A DNA stretch of 64,000 nucleotides from assembly GCA_964016885.1 (NCBI GenBank), contig OZ024755.1:20460001-20524000 (forward strand). The letters are read 5' to 3'. A program made the position numbers and the translations under genes. The notes under the pieces were generated by a model. That model was not told the DNA's origin, searched no databases, and saw only the letters and a program-made list of their open reading frames with translations. The stretch comes from Eledone cirrhosa (taxonomy: Eukaryota). Below, in pieces: positions 40,246 to 54,630 of this stretch (its first letter is position 1; the number at the start of each line of letters is the position of its first letter).

Positions 40246-42632
40246 TATATATATACACACACACACACATATATATATATACACACACACACACATATAT
40301 ATATATATACACATATATATATACACACACATATATATATACACACATACACATATATATACACATATACACACACATATACACACACATACACACATAT
40401 ATACACACATATATACACACATACACACACACACATACACACATACACACATATATATATACATACAGACACACACACACATACATATACACATGTCTAC
40501 ACACACTGAGATATTTCTTTGAAAGTTAATCAGCTATCAAACAATTCTCATTTTTCCACTCACCTCTCTACTGTGTTGCCATTTCAAAGAGGAGTTAGGC
40601 ATGAAATTAACAAGATTCTCCGTTGAGAGTTAGTCAACATATCTGGACGGACATTTCAATGAAGCTAGTTTACACACTGTATCAAGCGTACCACTTCCTT
40701 ATCCCATCATGCAAATCAACAACCACGCTAAATATAAAATTCTTCACAATGTTGTTGTTGCTTTATTGAAATGCCTAAATGATACCAGAGCATGGAACAT
40801 TCTTGACACACTTCTCGGCTCCTCGTAAATGGATATGTGAAAGTGTCATGAAGGAAACGACCCGTGGGCGACAGAGAGACAATCCATGAGGTGGATGACA
40901 GGCAGATGAAGGTGTGTGTGTGTGTGTTTGTGTTTGTGTGTTTGTGTTTGTGTGTTTGTGTGTTTTGTGTGTGTGTACTTGTACATCGTCTTTTTTTATT
41001 TCCTTCTTCCAGTCACTTCTATGCGTCAACACACATCTCCTTGTCCTTCTCCTCTTTCCACCTTTTTTATATTTGTTCTGCCTCTCACCCACCTCATGGT
41101 TTAACTCTCTGTCAACCAATGGCCGCAGGTCTCTGCACTCTGAGGCATTTTTTCCTATTGCTGTCTTTGACAACATTTGGCAGCTTTAAGGGCAGCTCTT
41201 GCGTTGAGTTTTCTCATTTTCATATATATACATATATATATACGTTTAAATATTTATGTGTGTATGTGTGTAATCTCTCTCATAATTCCAGTCAGATAAA
41301 AAAACAAATACAAAATATATCAAAGCTAACAAACTATAATCAATCAAACTATAATTAATCAAACTATAATCAATGAAACCAAAATCTATCAAACTACAAT
41401 CCATTTTTTTTCTTTTTTCCCCCCATTCCTTGTTTATTCATGCATTCAGAAAAAAACTATCATTGCAGCTCCCCAGTTTGATATTATGGTCTCTTGCATA
41501 CGTCAGCAAATCCCATAAAGCTATTTTCCAGCCTCTTTTTAAAACGTATTATCTTATCGTCTTTTGCTTCGTTTGTAGGAGTATAGAATACTAATAGAGT
41601 AACATTTCTTTGTGTAGACCGGACTCTAGCATACAAACACTTCTCGTCGATTGGTTGCCATTCATGAATTCATCCCTTCATTTGCTCATCCCACTCCTTC
41701 ATAATGTACTTTATCATCTCTTTCCGAGTGAATAAGTGATGTTTCATCTTCTATTCTGACATCATCACATCCGGTTAATCCATTTGTCTCAGTAATGACA
41801 CATATCTAAATTATATTTATCAAAGATTAATGCAAACTGTTCTATTTTTGTATCTTGATTGAAGTTATGTATAGTACATTCCAGTTATCGAACTTCAATG
41901 TATGTATTAATGTGGTATGGCAAGTAAATATATACTTATACATCATCTACAAACACAATGGAACCAAACTCTCACTGTAACTGCCTCTGTCTCTCCCACT
42001 CTCCCCATCTCTCACTATTATAAGAAGATATGGGCCCATATGCTGGCCGTCCCAAGGGCCCTGCGGACAGAGTTTCAAATTTATGGGTGAAGTAGCTGTC
42101 AACCGTGAAATACTTCCTTATTTTGCCAACCTATAAACTGCTTTGTACTAAGAGCCATACTTCTCGTTTGACAATTCATCGAATTTTCATAGGCATTGAA
42201 TTATTTACATTAACGTGTTACCTTCGTGTCGCAGAAACCATTCCTTTGACGGTTCCCTGCCCTGAAAAGAGGAATGAGATCATGGTGTGTCTCAATACAA
42301 AATAACATTCACTGCATTTGACCAATCAGCTAAGCTAATTACTGAGACGTAACCCCCATGCTGAGGTTAGCTACTAGGGTTCAACAGTGATGACAAGGAT
42401 CATAAGACTGTCCTAAAATATATGACTGTCTTTTGTCAAAGAGAGTTACACCTCCTACACACCCTGTACACTCCAAAATTCCATAATTCTCAAATCCTTA
42501 GAAGTTTCACCAATTAGGATTGACTTGAAGCTAAATAAATTCATAAATTTAATATTGTGGTTTTACAGAATTCAAATGGTTCAATAAAACATTCATGAAC
42601 GCATGATGGATTTATTTGGCGCAAAGTATGTG

Positions 42633-42680
<48 letters not shown>

Positions 42681-42744
42681 GTTTAAGAAGTGTATGTGTA
42701 TATAGATATTTAAAAAGTATATATATAGAGAGAGATATTTAACA

Positions 42745-42794
<50 letters not shown>

Positions 42795-42900
42795 AGGGAG
42801 TGTAACATGAAGTTACTGTAGGTTCACCCAGGTGCGCACTCGATGTTTAGGGTCACGTCAGTGGCGAGGTGTAGAGCTAAACAGAGTGTAAATATAATAA

Positions 42901-43115
42901 TACAAGGACGATTTGTTAAGCCTTCATTACGTTTATTGATTGGTGACAAAAATTTCGTTGTTTATCATTCTGTCATTACAAGAGCAGAGGTCCGACGAGC
43001 CTTTGATTTCGGAGCCGGGCCAGATCGATACAGACAAAACCTTGAGCTGATCAATAACGAAACGCGCGTCACCAATCAATAAACGCAATGAGGGTTTAAC
43101 AAATAGTCCTTTGTA
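42901..43115 (+). mobile_element. Fold-back copy of the 39.7-kb hammerhead family (~45-bp inverted ends)
   Basis: 42905-42947 is the imperfect reverse complement of 43068-43110; internal CCGACGA-GCC..GAAACGCGCGTC. Confidence 0.7.
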
Positions 43116-43125
43116 ATATTATCAT

Positions 43126-43159
<34 letters not shown>

Positions 43160-43321
43160 GGAACGAGTAGGACCCCGACGGCTGAGCTCAAGCCGTTTCG
43201 ACGGCTAATTCTGAGCTCAGCCGTCGGGGTCCTACTCGCTCCTATTACCCACTCTACTACCCTAAGTATTGAGTACTTTTGTGCGTTATGGTCCACCTGA
43301 TTCCTTACCACATTTCCTTCG

Positions 43322-43355
<34 letters not shown>

Positions 43356-43399
43356 TTTAAGAAATGTATCATTAATAGCTCTTTCCAGGATCCCTGTGA

Positions 43400-43545
43400 T
43401 TAGTGACTGGAACGAAGGAAATTACCCGCAGTCTTCACACTGGAGACCTAGTCGGAATACCTGCAACAGTGTGCGCTCCGCTTACATCACATATAGGCCA
43501 GGTGGTAATGTTGAACTGGGTGACGCATTAAGTCGACTTGAAAGA
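43400..43545 (+). pseudogene. Scrambled Ty3/Gypsy pol fragments
   Basis: ITYRPGGNVELGDALSRL resembles the RNase H end motif IxYRPGxxNxxADALSR; in another frame KEITRSLHTGDL resembles the integrase Zn-finger start. Confidence 0.45.
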
Positions 43546-44724
43546 GACGGCAGTATTAGATTTCGTGTTCAGCTTTTAATTTGGTGCGAATAAAATTCAA
43601 GTTTCTTCCCTTTTGATTTTTTTTTTCTTCTCATCCAACTAATAAAACAAAGTCACTTCAGCTAGATCCAGCCAACAAACTGTTTTAATTTTCATCATAA
43701 TTATGTATTTTAACGCAATTTCATTACCATAATTGCCATTATTATGAGAGATGTTATTGCTGTCATGCCCATTTTCATTAACACGTCTCTTATAAATGCT
43801 ATCTACACCGTCTAGGGTATTATTGTGATAGGTATGTTAGGTTATCATTGATACAAATTTCTCCATAAAACGACATTGACATTTGACAACGTCTCTCAAA
43901 CTAACCGAGAGACTAAAAGCTTAACATTAGGAAGCGTCCAGTGACCGCAGGATTTCACTAAATATTGGATCATATTACTGTGTTAAAAAAAAAAATACTT
44001 TTCTGACTGGACATTTAAGACAATCTGTATCCTCGTGTGAAACAAGGCATTGTAAAGTGAGAAGTGAGAACTCGGCTTGTGAAATTTGTATAAGAATAGA
44101 AGTGTGTCTAGATCGTGTAAATGTTTGTAATTCTCTGCAATTATTTTTGTGTGTATGTCATTATGTGTATGTGATTACGTGTCTCAATATGTATGTTTGT
44201 GTGTATAACATAATTACGATAGGATCATATGATATCAGTTTTCTCTCCAGATTCCTTATGCTACACAATAGCATATAAATCCGGTCTTGCTCTTGAAAAC
44301 TTTTCAATTCAGTTCTTACGTGCACAGAAATATGCCACGAACGAAATTCTGCATAATAACAATGTCAAGTATAAAGACTGAGAAGGTGTTAAGCTGTTCT
44401 CTTGAAACCATATGTAACATATATATTTGAAATACTGATCCATTATTTCCACCTGTTAAGTAACTGCGGTTAATACGTTGTTCTCTGTGTGCAACACTAT
44501 TGTCAATATTGTAAAATATATTTATGTAAATATCTTGATATTACTCTTTTACCTGTTCCAGCCATCCGGCTGAGGCCATGCTGGGGCACCGCTCTTGATA
44601 TGTAAAGATTAAAAACTGAAAATGTCCACCTCTGAATATAATCGATTGCTATGCAAGAATAAATAGTGTATTAGCTTTTTTTTACATCTGAATAAAATGT
44701 GCAGAAATCAAAGAATCTACTACA

Positions 44725-44767
<43 letters not shown>

Positions 44768-45624
44768 GTATGTGTGTGTGTTTGTACATACATACACTGA
44801 TGTACACATATACACACAGACACAAACACACGCATATGAATGTGGCAGGGTGGCAGAGTATAAAAATCCAATACTAAGCCATTTATTAGTCTATAATTAA
44901 TAAAACAATGTATAGACTCTAAAATTATGGGCTATTTTTACCTCTCTATTCACAAAAAAAAAAAAAAAATGGAAAATTAAGATCAGAAATAATTTCAGAA
45001 TTACCGGTAGCTAATCAAAGGTTTATATCAAACATTAAGTTTTTTATGTAATATTGTCATGGTTTGCTAAATGAACAAACATATTATTCTAACTATTTCT
45101 TGTCGATTAGTTACAAAAGCTCAGATATATAAGCAAGGAGAATATGATGTTGTGTTGTTTATGTCTTTTCCTGTTGCAATATAGCGTTCTTGGTTTCGAT
45201 TTCGATTAGCAGTCTATTAGCATCATCGAATAAGATGCCTTACAATATTTGTTCTGCGTCTGCTTTGCTTCGCATCCTTTCGTGGTCGATAAAGCAAGGA
45301 CCAGCGTAGTACTTGCGCAACCCTTTCTTCCTTTAGTCATCTCATACTCTATATTCTGCTGGGTACCAGCTTTGAGATTCTGCTTAGCGCCTAAATATAT
45401 GAGGAAAATCATAAGTGCTACTAATTCAACCTCGAGTGCGACTAAGATTTTTTTAGTTTACGTGAAAAACTAAGAATTCAAACCAGATGCATTTTCAGTC
45501 TAGCAGAACACACAAATGAATTAATTCTGTTAAGGAAGTATTTTATCTTGCTCTGTTCTTCACGCATACTAATCAGGCCCTGTATTGGTAACCACGTGGA
45601 AAAAAGTGAAGAGGACATCCCAAG

Positions 45625-45920
45625 ATTTCTTTCTTGTGTCCACAAGAGTGTTAGTTACAAAGCTTGACTAGATGTGGTTCCACCACAACTGAACACATTG
45701 CTGTCCTTTCTCATTAAAGTCTGCCAAGTCCAATGCTGCGCAGGGGTGTTCCAGCAGGGGACATATCAGGAGGTGCTACGTAGTCTGTGGTTCAATGCCG
45801 CAGTCACACACAACGTCCCCATCCAGCATGTCCAACATCAGATCTTTTAGGTCTGTTTAGGCATTTCCATAGATGAACTGGCGGCAAAGCACTTTAGCTG
45901 CTGCCTCGTTCGTATCAAGA
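45625..45920 (-). pseudogene. 3' end of an Ingi/Vingi-like LINE
   Basis: Minus translation LWKCLNR..CDCGIEPQTT*HLLICP (CCHC knuckle), then a GGACACAAGAAAGAAA tail. Confidence 0.65.
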
Positions 45921-46629
45921 TGCTAGAGCTTCTAAGACTATGTCTAAATATACATGCAATAAGCCTCAGCATACCAACCGAAGTTTGGACTTATCTGCTG
46001 CGGTATTGTTCAAACGCTGCATATTTTCACAGTCATAAAATTTCCTAAGTAATTTATTTGGTGATATAAATTTGGCGGTTAGTGTGGAAGGGAAATTATG
46101 TAACAGATCTTATATATTCAATAATTCTATACATCACAGTAGTTTCTATTGAAAATATATTTATATATGTACTTAAATAAATACTTTTGCTTTAGGTGAA
46201 GCTCTAGTTTCTCCTCGCTCCAAGTAGATAAATATTTCGCCTTTTAGGAAATATTTCTGATATAAAATTAATGTAGTTAGGAGACTTTACAACAGCCCGG
46301 TTACAGATCTGAAATATCTTTAAAAAGTTATTTAATTCTATATTAATTGCCGTAATATAGGATTTGAATATTCTTGGTGTATTTCAATCGTTGTTCATGA
46401 GTAAATTTGTGGTAAAATAGGATATGACAACATAATAGTAGAAGGTGGTAGTCATTAAAAGTATGATGGTCTTTAAAAGAAACATATTGTCATATGACAA
46501 GAAAAATGAAAATTCATTGAAAAAAAAAAATTTTTGAAAAAAATATTTTACCAAATCAAAACAAACCCAAAGAAAAATTCAAAAAGTCAAACCATCTCAG
46601 AGAGGAGGGGGGAAATGAATTTGAATCTA

Positions 46630-46865
46630 AAAATAAAGGGAGGGAGAGGGGGAGGAAAGAGAGGGGGAGAGAAAGAGAAAGAGAGAGAAAGAGGGAGAGA
46701 GAAAGGGGGAGAGAGAAAAAGAGAGAAAAAGAGAAAAAGAGAGAAAGAGGGAGAGAGAAAAAGAGAGAAAGAGGGAGAGAGAAAAAGAGAGAAAAAGAGA
46801 GAAAGAGAGAGAGAAAAAGAGAGGAAAAAAGAGAGAGGGTGAAGGAGAAAGAAAGAATGAGAAAA
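46630..46865. repeat. GA-rich low-complexity tract
   Basis: (GA)n/GAAAAAGAGA units; a similar tract lies at 57857-58070. Confidence 0.9.
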
Positions 46866-46964
46866 TGAATGAGACCTGATACAGATGTATATAAATAGAA
46901 AATATTGACAGACATTTTCCTTTTTCATAAGAAGCTAGTGGATTCAGTAAACATTTTGCATTAT

Positions 46965-47195
46965 GTAAATTCCATAGACGCTGAGCTGGCCAGCCGCAGG
47001 TGTGAGCCCCGCGAGTTGGAGTGGCTTTTCCAGCGCGTCTCCCTTGCCGTCCTCCGGGGAAACGCCTTGTCCATTCTGTCCTCCGGGGCTGTGGGTGGGC
47101 CCCATCGCGTACCAATACATTAGTTAAATATCATTCTTTCATCTGATACAACACAATAAAAACTAAAGTGTTTAAAAGAAAAAAAAAAAAAAAAA
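46965..47195 (+). pseudogene. 3' end of a CRE-clade (RLE-type) non-LTR retrotransposon
   Basis: GC-rich island translating ELASRRCEPRELEWLFQRVSLAVLRGNALSIL, matching the CRE C-terminal FLFQRISIAIQRGNA motif; stop, AATAAA and an A-run follow. Confidence 0.7.
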
Positions 47196-48137
47196 TTGCA
47201 TTGATCATCTGCAAAGCCGCATTGTTCTCATATTTTCGATGCGTGCAGCTGGAACTACTACCACCCATTGATTTGGCAGAATTTTTTGTTTTTTTCTTCA
47301 GATGGCCGTTGACTCTTATGAGTTCTTCCGCCTTTTGTCAGAAATAAAGATCCGAAATAAAGGAAGGGTTTACATGTTAGCTTATTACAACGATATCAAG
47401 GATGTATTAAAGTGACGGTTACGTCGGACAATTAAAAGTGCCAGAAATGAAAGTCTTAAGTTTAACATTTCGAACAATAACCTTTATCAGAGTCGGCTGT
47501 TTTCTGATGGCACCGTTTAGTAATAGGAGTGGTTGAAAACTAACGAGAAGTAGAGGATGGGAAAATTAAAATAATGAAAAATACAAGAAAGGAAACTATA
47601 ACGTGGCATGTGTTGGATAGCTTTCAAAACAGGAAAATGATCAACGAAAATGCAATCAATCTTTAACGAGAAGGGAAGGGCGCAAAAATCAGGCAGAGGA
47701 AAGACAACTGAGTGATGAATATTAAGGACACTGGCAAATAAAAAGCGGGGTGCCAAATTTATACAGTCAAGAAATAAAGAATATATATAATATATTTATA
47801 TCATTATCATTATTACTATTATTGTTATTATAGTTATAATGCAGTTATTAATATGAAGAGTTGAAATTAATGCATGCAAAATTTCACAGCTCTTGCATCA
47901 CTCCTTCATAGGCTGACCAAGATACTCTTCTGGAATTATTAAATGAGGTTTATTTTTTTTTAATAGTCCCTAGAAGGAAAAAAAACAATGCAGTTATTAA
48001 TAAGAGTTGAAATTCATGCATGCAAGATTTCATAGCTCTAGTATAACTACTTCATAGTCAGCCTATGAACTTTTCAGCCGACCTTCGTACTCAGCCAATT
48101 CATCACCTTTTGGTATGTAAGACTACATTATATAATG

Positions 48138-48350
48138 ATTTCTAGTATTGGCACAACGCCACTTATTTGGGGGTGGGGGGTCGATTAAATCGACCTCAGT
48201 ACGTTACTGGTGCTTTATTTTATCGACCCCGTAAGGATGAAAGGCAAAGTTAAACTCGGCGGGATTTGAACTCAGATCATAAAGGACCGTAACTCTACGC
48301 TGCAAAGCATGGTGTCCGACCCTCTACCGATACTGCCAATCCACCGCCCT
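48138..48350 (-). mobile_element. Main-family SINE, long form, 18-bp TSD
   Basis: AGACTACATTATATAATG at 48120-48137 and 48352-48369. Confidence 0.9.
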
Positions 48351-48893
48351 TAGACTACATTATATAATGTAAGCACCGATGAAAAGTAGTTAAGCTATCA
48401 GTGGTCCGAGTCTTCGAAACGGTTTTTATTCCAAGTTGAAGTCATTTAAATTCGTTTCTACTTCTAACACCAATGGGATTAGCATTACTATTAGAACTTA
48501 CAATGTGGCCATAAATCTCTACACTTGATCGGAATGGGAAATCGATATATATATAGAGAGAGAGAGACATAGAGAGATAGAGAGGGAGAGAGATAGAAAG
48601 AGGGAGAGAGAGAGAAAGAGAAACATGAAATAAATTAATTACTCCTTAAATATTGAATCTAGAAGAAATTTTAAAGAACACAAGTGCGCGCGTATACACC
48701 CATATATATATGCATGAGAGCGTGTGTATGGGTATAAATACAGAACTACAGATACATAAATATACACACACACATATATATATATGAACGCACACACGCA
48801 AGTACGTATGTATGTATATATACAGATATACATATATATATATATATATAAAATGAACATATTTTAGTCAAAGTTATGGCAAAATCTAATTCA

Positions 48894-48927
<34 letters not shown>

Positions 48928-51541
48928 GGGGGGAGAGAGGGGGAGGGGGAGAGGGGTGAGGGGAGAGAGAGAGAGAGAGAAGCATGTCTGCATCAGTATG
49001 TTCGTTTGTGTGTGTATGAAATGCAAGTCACATGCGCGAATATACTTGGATAGTGATGTTGATATATTTATGTAAATGTTCAGACATATGTATTTCATGA
49101 AAACCAACTTCCTAATAGAACCGAATGATCAATTTCAATAGGCAATATATTAATTTTACCATTTATATGACTTTCTTGGGATCAACACAGTTTAGTAGCT
49201 GAAGACAACTTATGTCTTCATACAATAATACTTCGAATCTAGTCAAATCAGGTGTATTTTCCGATTCCTCGCTTAAATGATGTTTACGACATACATTAAC
49301 CTTTATTGAATTATAGTAACTGCGTAAGCTCTGCTGGGCTTTGACCATTTTTAATTGCTCTCACAGCGTGCCTGAATCTAACCATTTTGCCTTTGTAACT
49401 CAACCCATGCATTTGTAGATATGAAAATGCTTGCTAGAAACAATCAAGATTTAGAATCTTTTTCCAATCATCCTCTAGATACAAGAACTCATAGCGGACT
49501 ACTTCTTATGTATATGAACTATGAATCTATAGATTTCTTAATAAAGTATAAAACGTGAGTTCGTTCTTTATATTACTTGTAAATGATACATTTTTCCTCC
49601 TAACCATATGAAAATCAAAATTATATTTGCATATTATTACAGAGTACTTTATCTTGTTTTCGTGTCTTTCCATAATACCTATGTTTTCATCATCATATTT
49701 TCTAACTTGCACACAACATAGAAAGCAAATAGATTAAATATTTTATTACAGTATACAGAGAACTTTTGATCCCAGTTCAAATGATATGAAATCTTCTATA
49801 TTTCGCTCAATAATCGTTTTTGAAATAACATGCTAGCTCAGAAAATTAGTATAGTTGGTTTTCAAAGATGAAGATGACTATAATGGTAGCTTATTAATGT
49901 TCTCTCTCTCCCTGTCTGTCTGTCTGTCTCTCTATCTGTCTCTCTGTCTGTCTGTGAGTGTGGCTCCTGGTTCGCTCTGATCAAACAGGGCGATAGGGTT
50001 AATAATGCTGCTAATGATACTGGACATTTTGATGAAAATAATGGTGTTAGTTGATGGCAGAGAGAGAGAGAGAGAGAGGGGCGGTAGTGGTTACGCTTAC
50101 GATAGTATAGCTAATGCAGCTTGCAGCTATTTGTTTAGTTCTATCGAGATAGCGGTGGATATGAGAATGGCGCCGTGTGATTGTGACAATAGTGATTTAA
50201 CTCTGGAGACAGTAGTGAAATAATTTGTAGTCTCTACCGAAACTATCACTATCTGTGTGTGTGTATATATATAGTAATAATAAATATATATATATATATA
50301 TAGTAATAATAAATGTGAAGACTAAATATATAATGGACAAGATAAATACCAGTAATGTGCTGACGTTAGTTCCTTAGATAATAGCATTTTTCTCCAAATC
50401 CGTAACCTAAAACCCGAAGAGGGCTCGATAAGGATTATATATATATATATATATAAATCCAGCATCCCTATCATCCAGCATCCCTATCATCTCATTTCTA
50501 TAGCTGAGTAAACTGGAGCAACGTGAAATAAAGTGCCTTTGCTCAAGGAAACAACATCACTCGGTCCGAGAATTGAACTCACAACGTTTCGATTGCAAGC
50601 CCAATGCTCTAACCACTAAGCCATGCGCCTTCACACAGTCCCTCTGGTTGTATACAATGCTGATTCTATATAACTCCCATACTAACATGAACGGTACATA
50701 CACAGACAACTAACAGCAGTATCGTTAGGCTTGTCAGGAATCTAAGACAAGCCCTTCAATCTCATCATCCACGCTTGAGCAGAACTGCTGTCATACACGT
50801 TTAAAGGTATACAAACATATCTCCTACATCTCATTTTAATTGAATGTGCAAGGACGTAACCCCTGTTAAAGGCGGTATCTGTTCAAATTCTATGCCACAT
50901 CTGTCATAATAAAAATCAGGGCTCAGTAGTCATATAAGGATCCATGGCAAAAACATCTAACGTCTAATACAGGTTAATAACTATGAAAAGAAAGTGATTT
51001 TGTTCGGATTCGAGTTGATGACCACTATAAATATATAATGGACAAGATAAATACCAGTAATGTGCTGACGTCGGTTCCTTAGATAATAGCATTTCTCTCC
51101 AAATCCGTAACCTAGTGTCAAAATTAGAAATATTGCCTAGTTAATTAAATAATAATAATAATAATAATAATTGTTTCTATTTTGGGCACAAGGCCAGCAA
51201 ATTACCCCAGTGCGTTACTGGCCAAGGTTAACTTTGCTTTTCATCCTTATGGAGTTGATAAAATAAAGTACCAGTAATACACAGGGGTCAATTCAATCGA
51301 CTTTCCCTTTCCCAAAAAATTAATGGCCTTGTGCCTATACTAGAAATCATTATTATTACTGCATTGGCAGTATAGGTAGAGGGCCGGACGCCATGTTTTG
51401 CAGAATAGCGTTACGGTCCTTTACGATCTGAGTTTAAATCCCGCCGAGGTTGGCTTTGCCTTTTATCCTTACGGGGTCGATAAGATAAAGTACCAGTAAT
51501 GCACTGGGACGATTGCTGGTCTTGTGCCAAAAATAGAAACA

Positions 51542-51578
<37 letters not shown>

Positions 51579-53916
51579 GTTTTACGGCCCTTTACGGTCT
51601 GAGTTCAAATCCCGTGGCGGTTAACTTTGCCTTTCATCTTTCCGGGGTCGATAAGATAAAGTACCAGTAATGCACTGATATAATTGCTGGCCTTGTGCGA
51701 AAAAGTAGAAACAATTATTATTATGAGTGGGAAAAACAAAAACTATATTGCTTAAATCTAATTGCAAAACCCTACCAGTGAGATATTTGTGATTGATCAA
51801 GCTGTGATAAAGTTTCATCAAGTCTGGTGACATTTGTCTCTGACACAGAAACTATTACTAACTTATTGATGTTATCTAGAAAGAAAAACAACGGAAAGTA
51901 TTCAGTGTTGTGGAAGGTTACATCAGCGTTAATGCTCATGAATGTTAAAGTATCCACATTGAAGGTGTTACAGAAATAAATAAATTGATTGTTATTTTGC
52001 TTAGTAAGTCATGCAATCGGCTGCTTCTATATTAATGAATCATTTCCTTCAATTAGGGAATCGCACGAATTTCCTCTTTGTTTCTATTACTTTCTAATGA
52101 TTAGTTTACTTGAACCTAATTATATCTGATTGACATCTTTCTTATATAATGAATATTTTCATTATATAAACGAAACTCTAGAATGTTTAGCGGAAAAATG
52201 TATAGATATTTCTACTGTATGGGTCAAATATTGTCTCCTATATAAATATATCCTTCAGATATTTATAAAAGTAGCAACAGTGAACGTATGGAAGCATAAT
52301 ATGTATTTAACTTTATGAAACAAACTCTACAAATATACAATTTTTTTTTTCTAATCGGGAATATTCGGAATATACACCTAGAAGTGATTCAAGAAAGGCT
52401 TAAAATTAAAGCTACTAAACTCAAAACTACCTACAATGAAAAAGGAAACTTAAAGAAAATATAAAGAATTGAAGCCTGAAGGAAATATAAAGAGCCAGCG
52501 TTATACAGTTTTCGCAAAAAGATCGAATACTATACACCATTATGTTCAGATTAAGAATATACCTGTGGAATATTAGTTTTTGATTTAGGAGGCAGAAGGA
52601 CAACAATTTGGGGGAAGAGGAAATTAGATTAAATCGACCCCAGTGCATATCTGGTTCTTTATTTTATCGATCCCTTAAAGATGAAAGGCAAAGCTAACCT
52701 CGGCAGGATTTGAACTCAGATAGTAAAGGGCCGTAACTCTGTGCCATAAAGCATGTTGTCCGACGCTCCACCAATACTACCAATCCACCGCACTAGACCT
52801 GTGTAATATTAAATGAAAATCACGTCAATATTTAATTCATAAACGAGAGGGCGATTGATCGTCAGTACCATTAGAGCATCAGACACCCTGCTTTGTGGCA
52901 TATATTTACGGCTCTTTATGTTCTGATTTCTAATCCCACCAAGGTTAGCTTTGCCTTTCCTCCTGAAGAGGTCGATAAAATAAAGTACCAGTAACGCACT
53001 GGGGTTGATATAATCGACCCCCTCCCACAAAAAAAAATTTGTTGGCCGTGTATCTAAATCAGAAACCAATATTTAATTCCTACATGACCTGCACTGTAAT
53101 TGAATTTATAAAATAGTTCTTCAATTTTATTCTAAATAGTGTTTGTATTGAGATACAATGAAGATTCAATATGAAGAGTAGAAAGTGTAGATTTAGTGAT
53201 CAAATATTGGCTACTGATTATATGTTCGAAATTTGTCGATCAGAGAATCGTCAAAACTTCGAAAGAAAACATTTATTTTTGGAATGAAGCCAGAGAAAAG
53301 AAGAAAATCAGGAAATGTTTGGGTGTACAGTTGTGTGCAATAATGCATAGCTTCCTAATTAAAGACAGTACATCTAATGTACACATCACATACATGTAAC
53401 CTGTTTCAGTAGGTTCCAGAAATATCATTGATCAAGGAACTAACAGTTGACTAAACAATCAACTTTGGGTTACTCTAGCTACTTAGCTATATAGACTTGT
53501 CAAGATGAAGTACATGTTTAAAACAAAGCCTCTTGATGTGTTTGTGTAGCCCCAGATCAAATCTCGTCAAGGACGAGACCTATGACCAATAGTATTCCAA
53601 CAGGGAACTTGCTGTCGTTTAAGGATATCTAAAACAATATTATCTAATGAGCCCTTCCCCTTTTAAAAAAGAAAAATGCCGGATGTGATTTGATGGAAAT
53701 TATTATTGGTAGTATCGGTAGAGAGTCGGACGCCATGCTTTGAAGCATAGAGTTACCTCCCTTTATGATCTGAGTTCAAATCCCACTGAGGTTAACTTTG
53801 CCTTTCATCCTTACGGGGGTCGATAAAATAAAGTACCAGTAATGCACTAGGTAATTGCCGGCCTTGTGCCAAAAGTAGAAACAATTATTATTAGAAAAGC
53901 CGATAACAGCGCCGGT

Positions 53917-54630
53917 GATGAAGATGAAGATGAGAAAGATGAAGATGAGAACGATGAGGAGAACGACGAGAACGATGAAAACGACGACGAGAACGATGAA
54001 AACGACGACGAGAACGATGAAAACGACGACGAGAACGATGAAAACGACGACGAGAACGATGAAAACGACGACGAGAACGATGAAAACGACGATGAGAACG
54101 ATGAAAACGACAACGAGAACGATGAAAACGACGACGATGAAAACGGTGAAAACGATGACAACGATGAAAACGATGAAAACGACGACAACGATGAAAACGA
54201 CGAAAACGACGACAACGATGAAAACGATGAAAACGATGAAAACGACGACAACGATGAAAACGATGAAAACGACGACAACGATGAAAACGGCGACAACGAT
54301 GAAAACGACGACAACGATGAAAACGACGACAACGACGACAACGACAACAACAACGACTACAACGACGACAACGACGACAACGACGACAACGACAACAACG
54401 ACGACAACGACGACAACGACGACAACGACAACAACGACGACAACGACGACAACGACGACAACAACGACTACAACGACGACAACGACGACGAAAGCATCAC
54501 GACAATGATGACAACGACGACAACGACGACAACGATGACAACGACGACGAAAGCATCACGACAATGATGACAACGACGACAATGATGACAACAACAACGA
54601 CAATGATGACGACGACGACGATGGAAACGA
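53917..54630. repeat. Triplet-based repeat (GAC/GAT/AAC/GAA) with 21-bp higher-order period
   Basis: GAGAACGATGAAAACGACGAC units shifting to (GACAAC)n; directly follows a SINE tail. Confidence 0.9.

Noticed and set aside
53866-54567. 233-aa Asp/Glu/Asn-rich ORF resembling an acidic biomineral protein
   Set aside because: It starts inside a SINE tail at a non-ATG codon, has no signal peptide or splice evidence, and other frames are open too; a simple repeat explains it.
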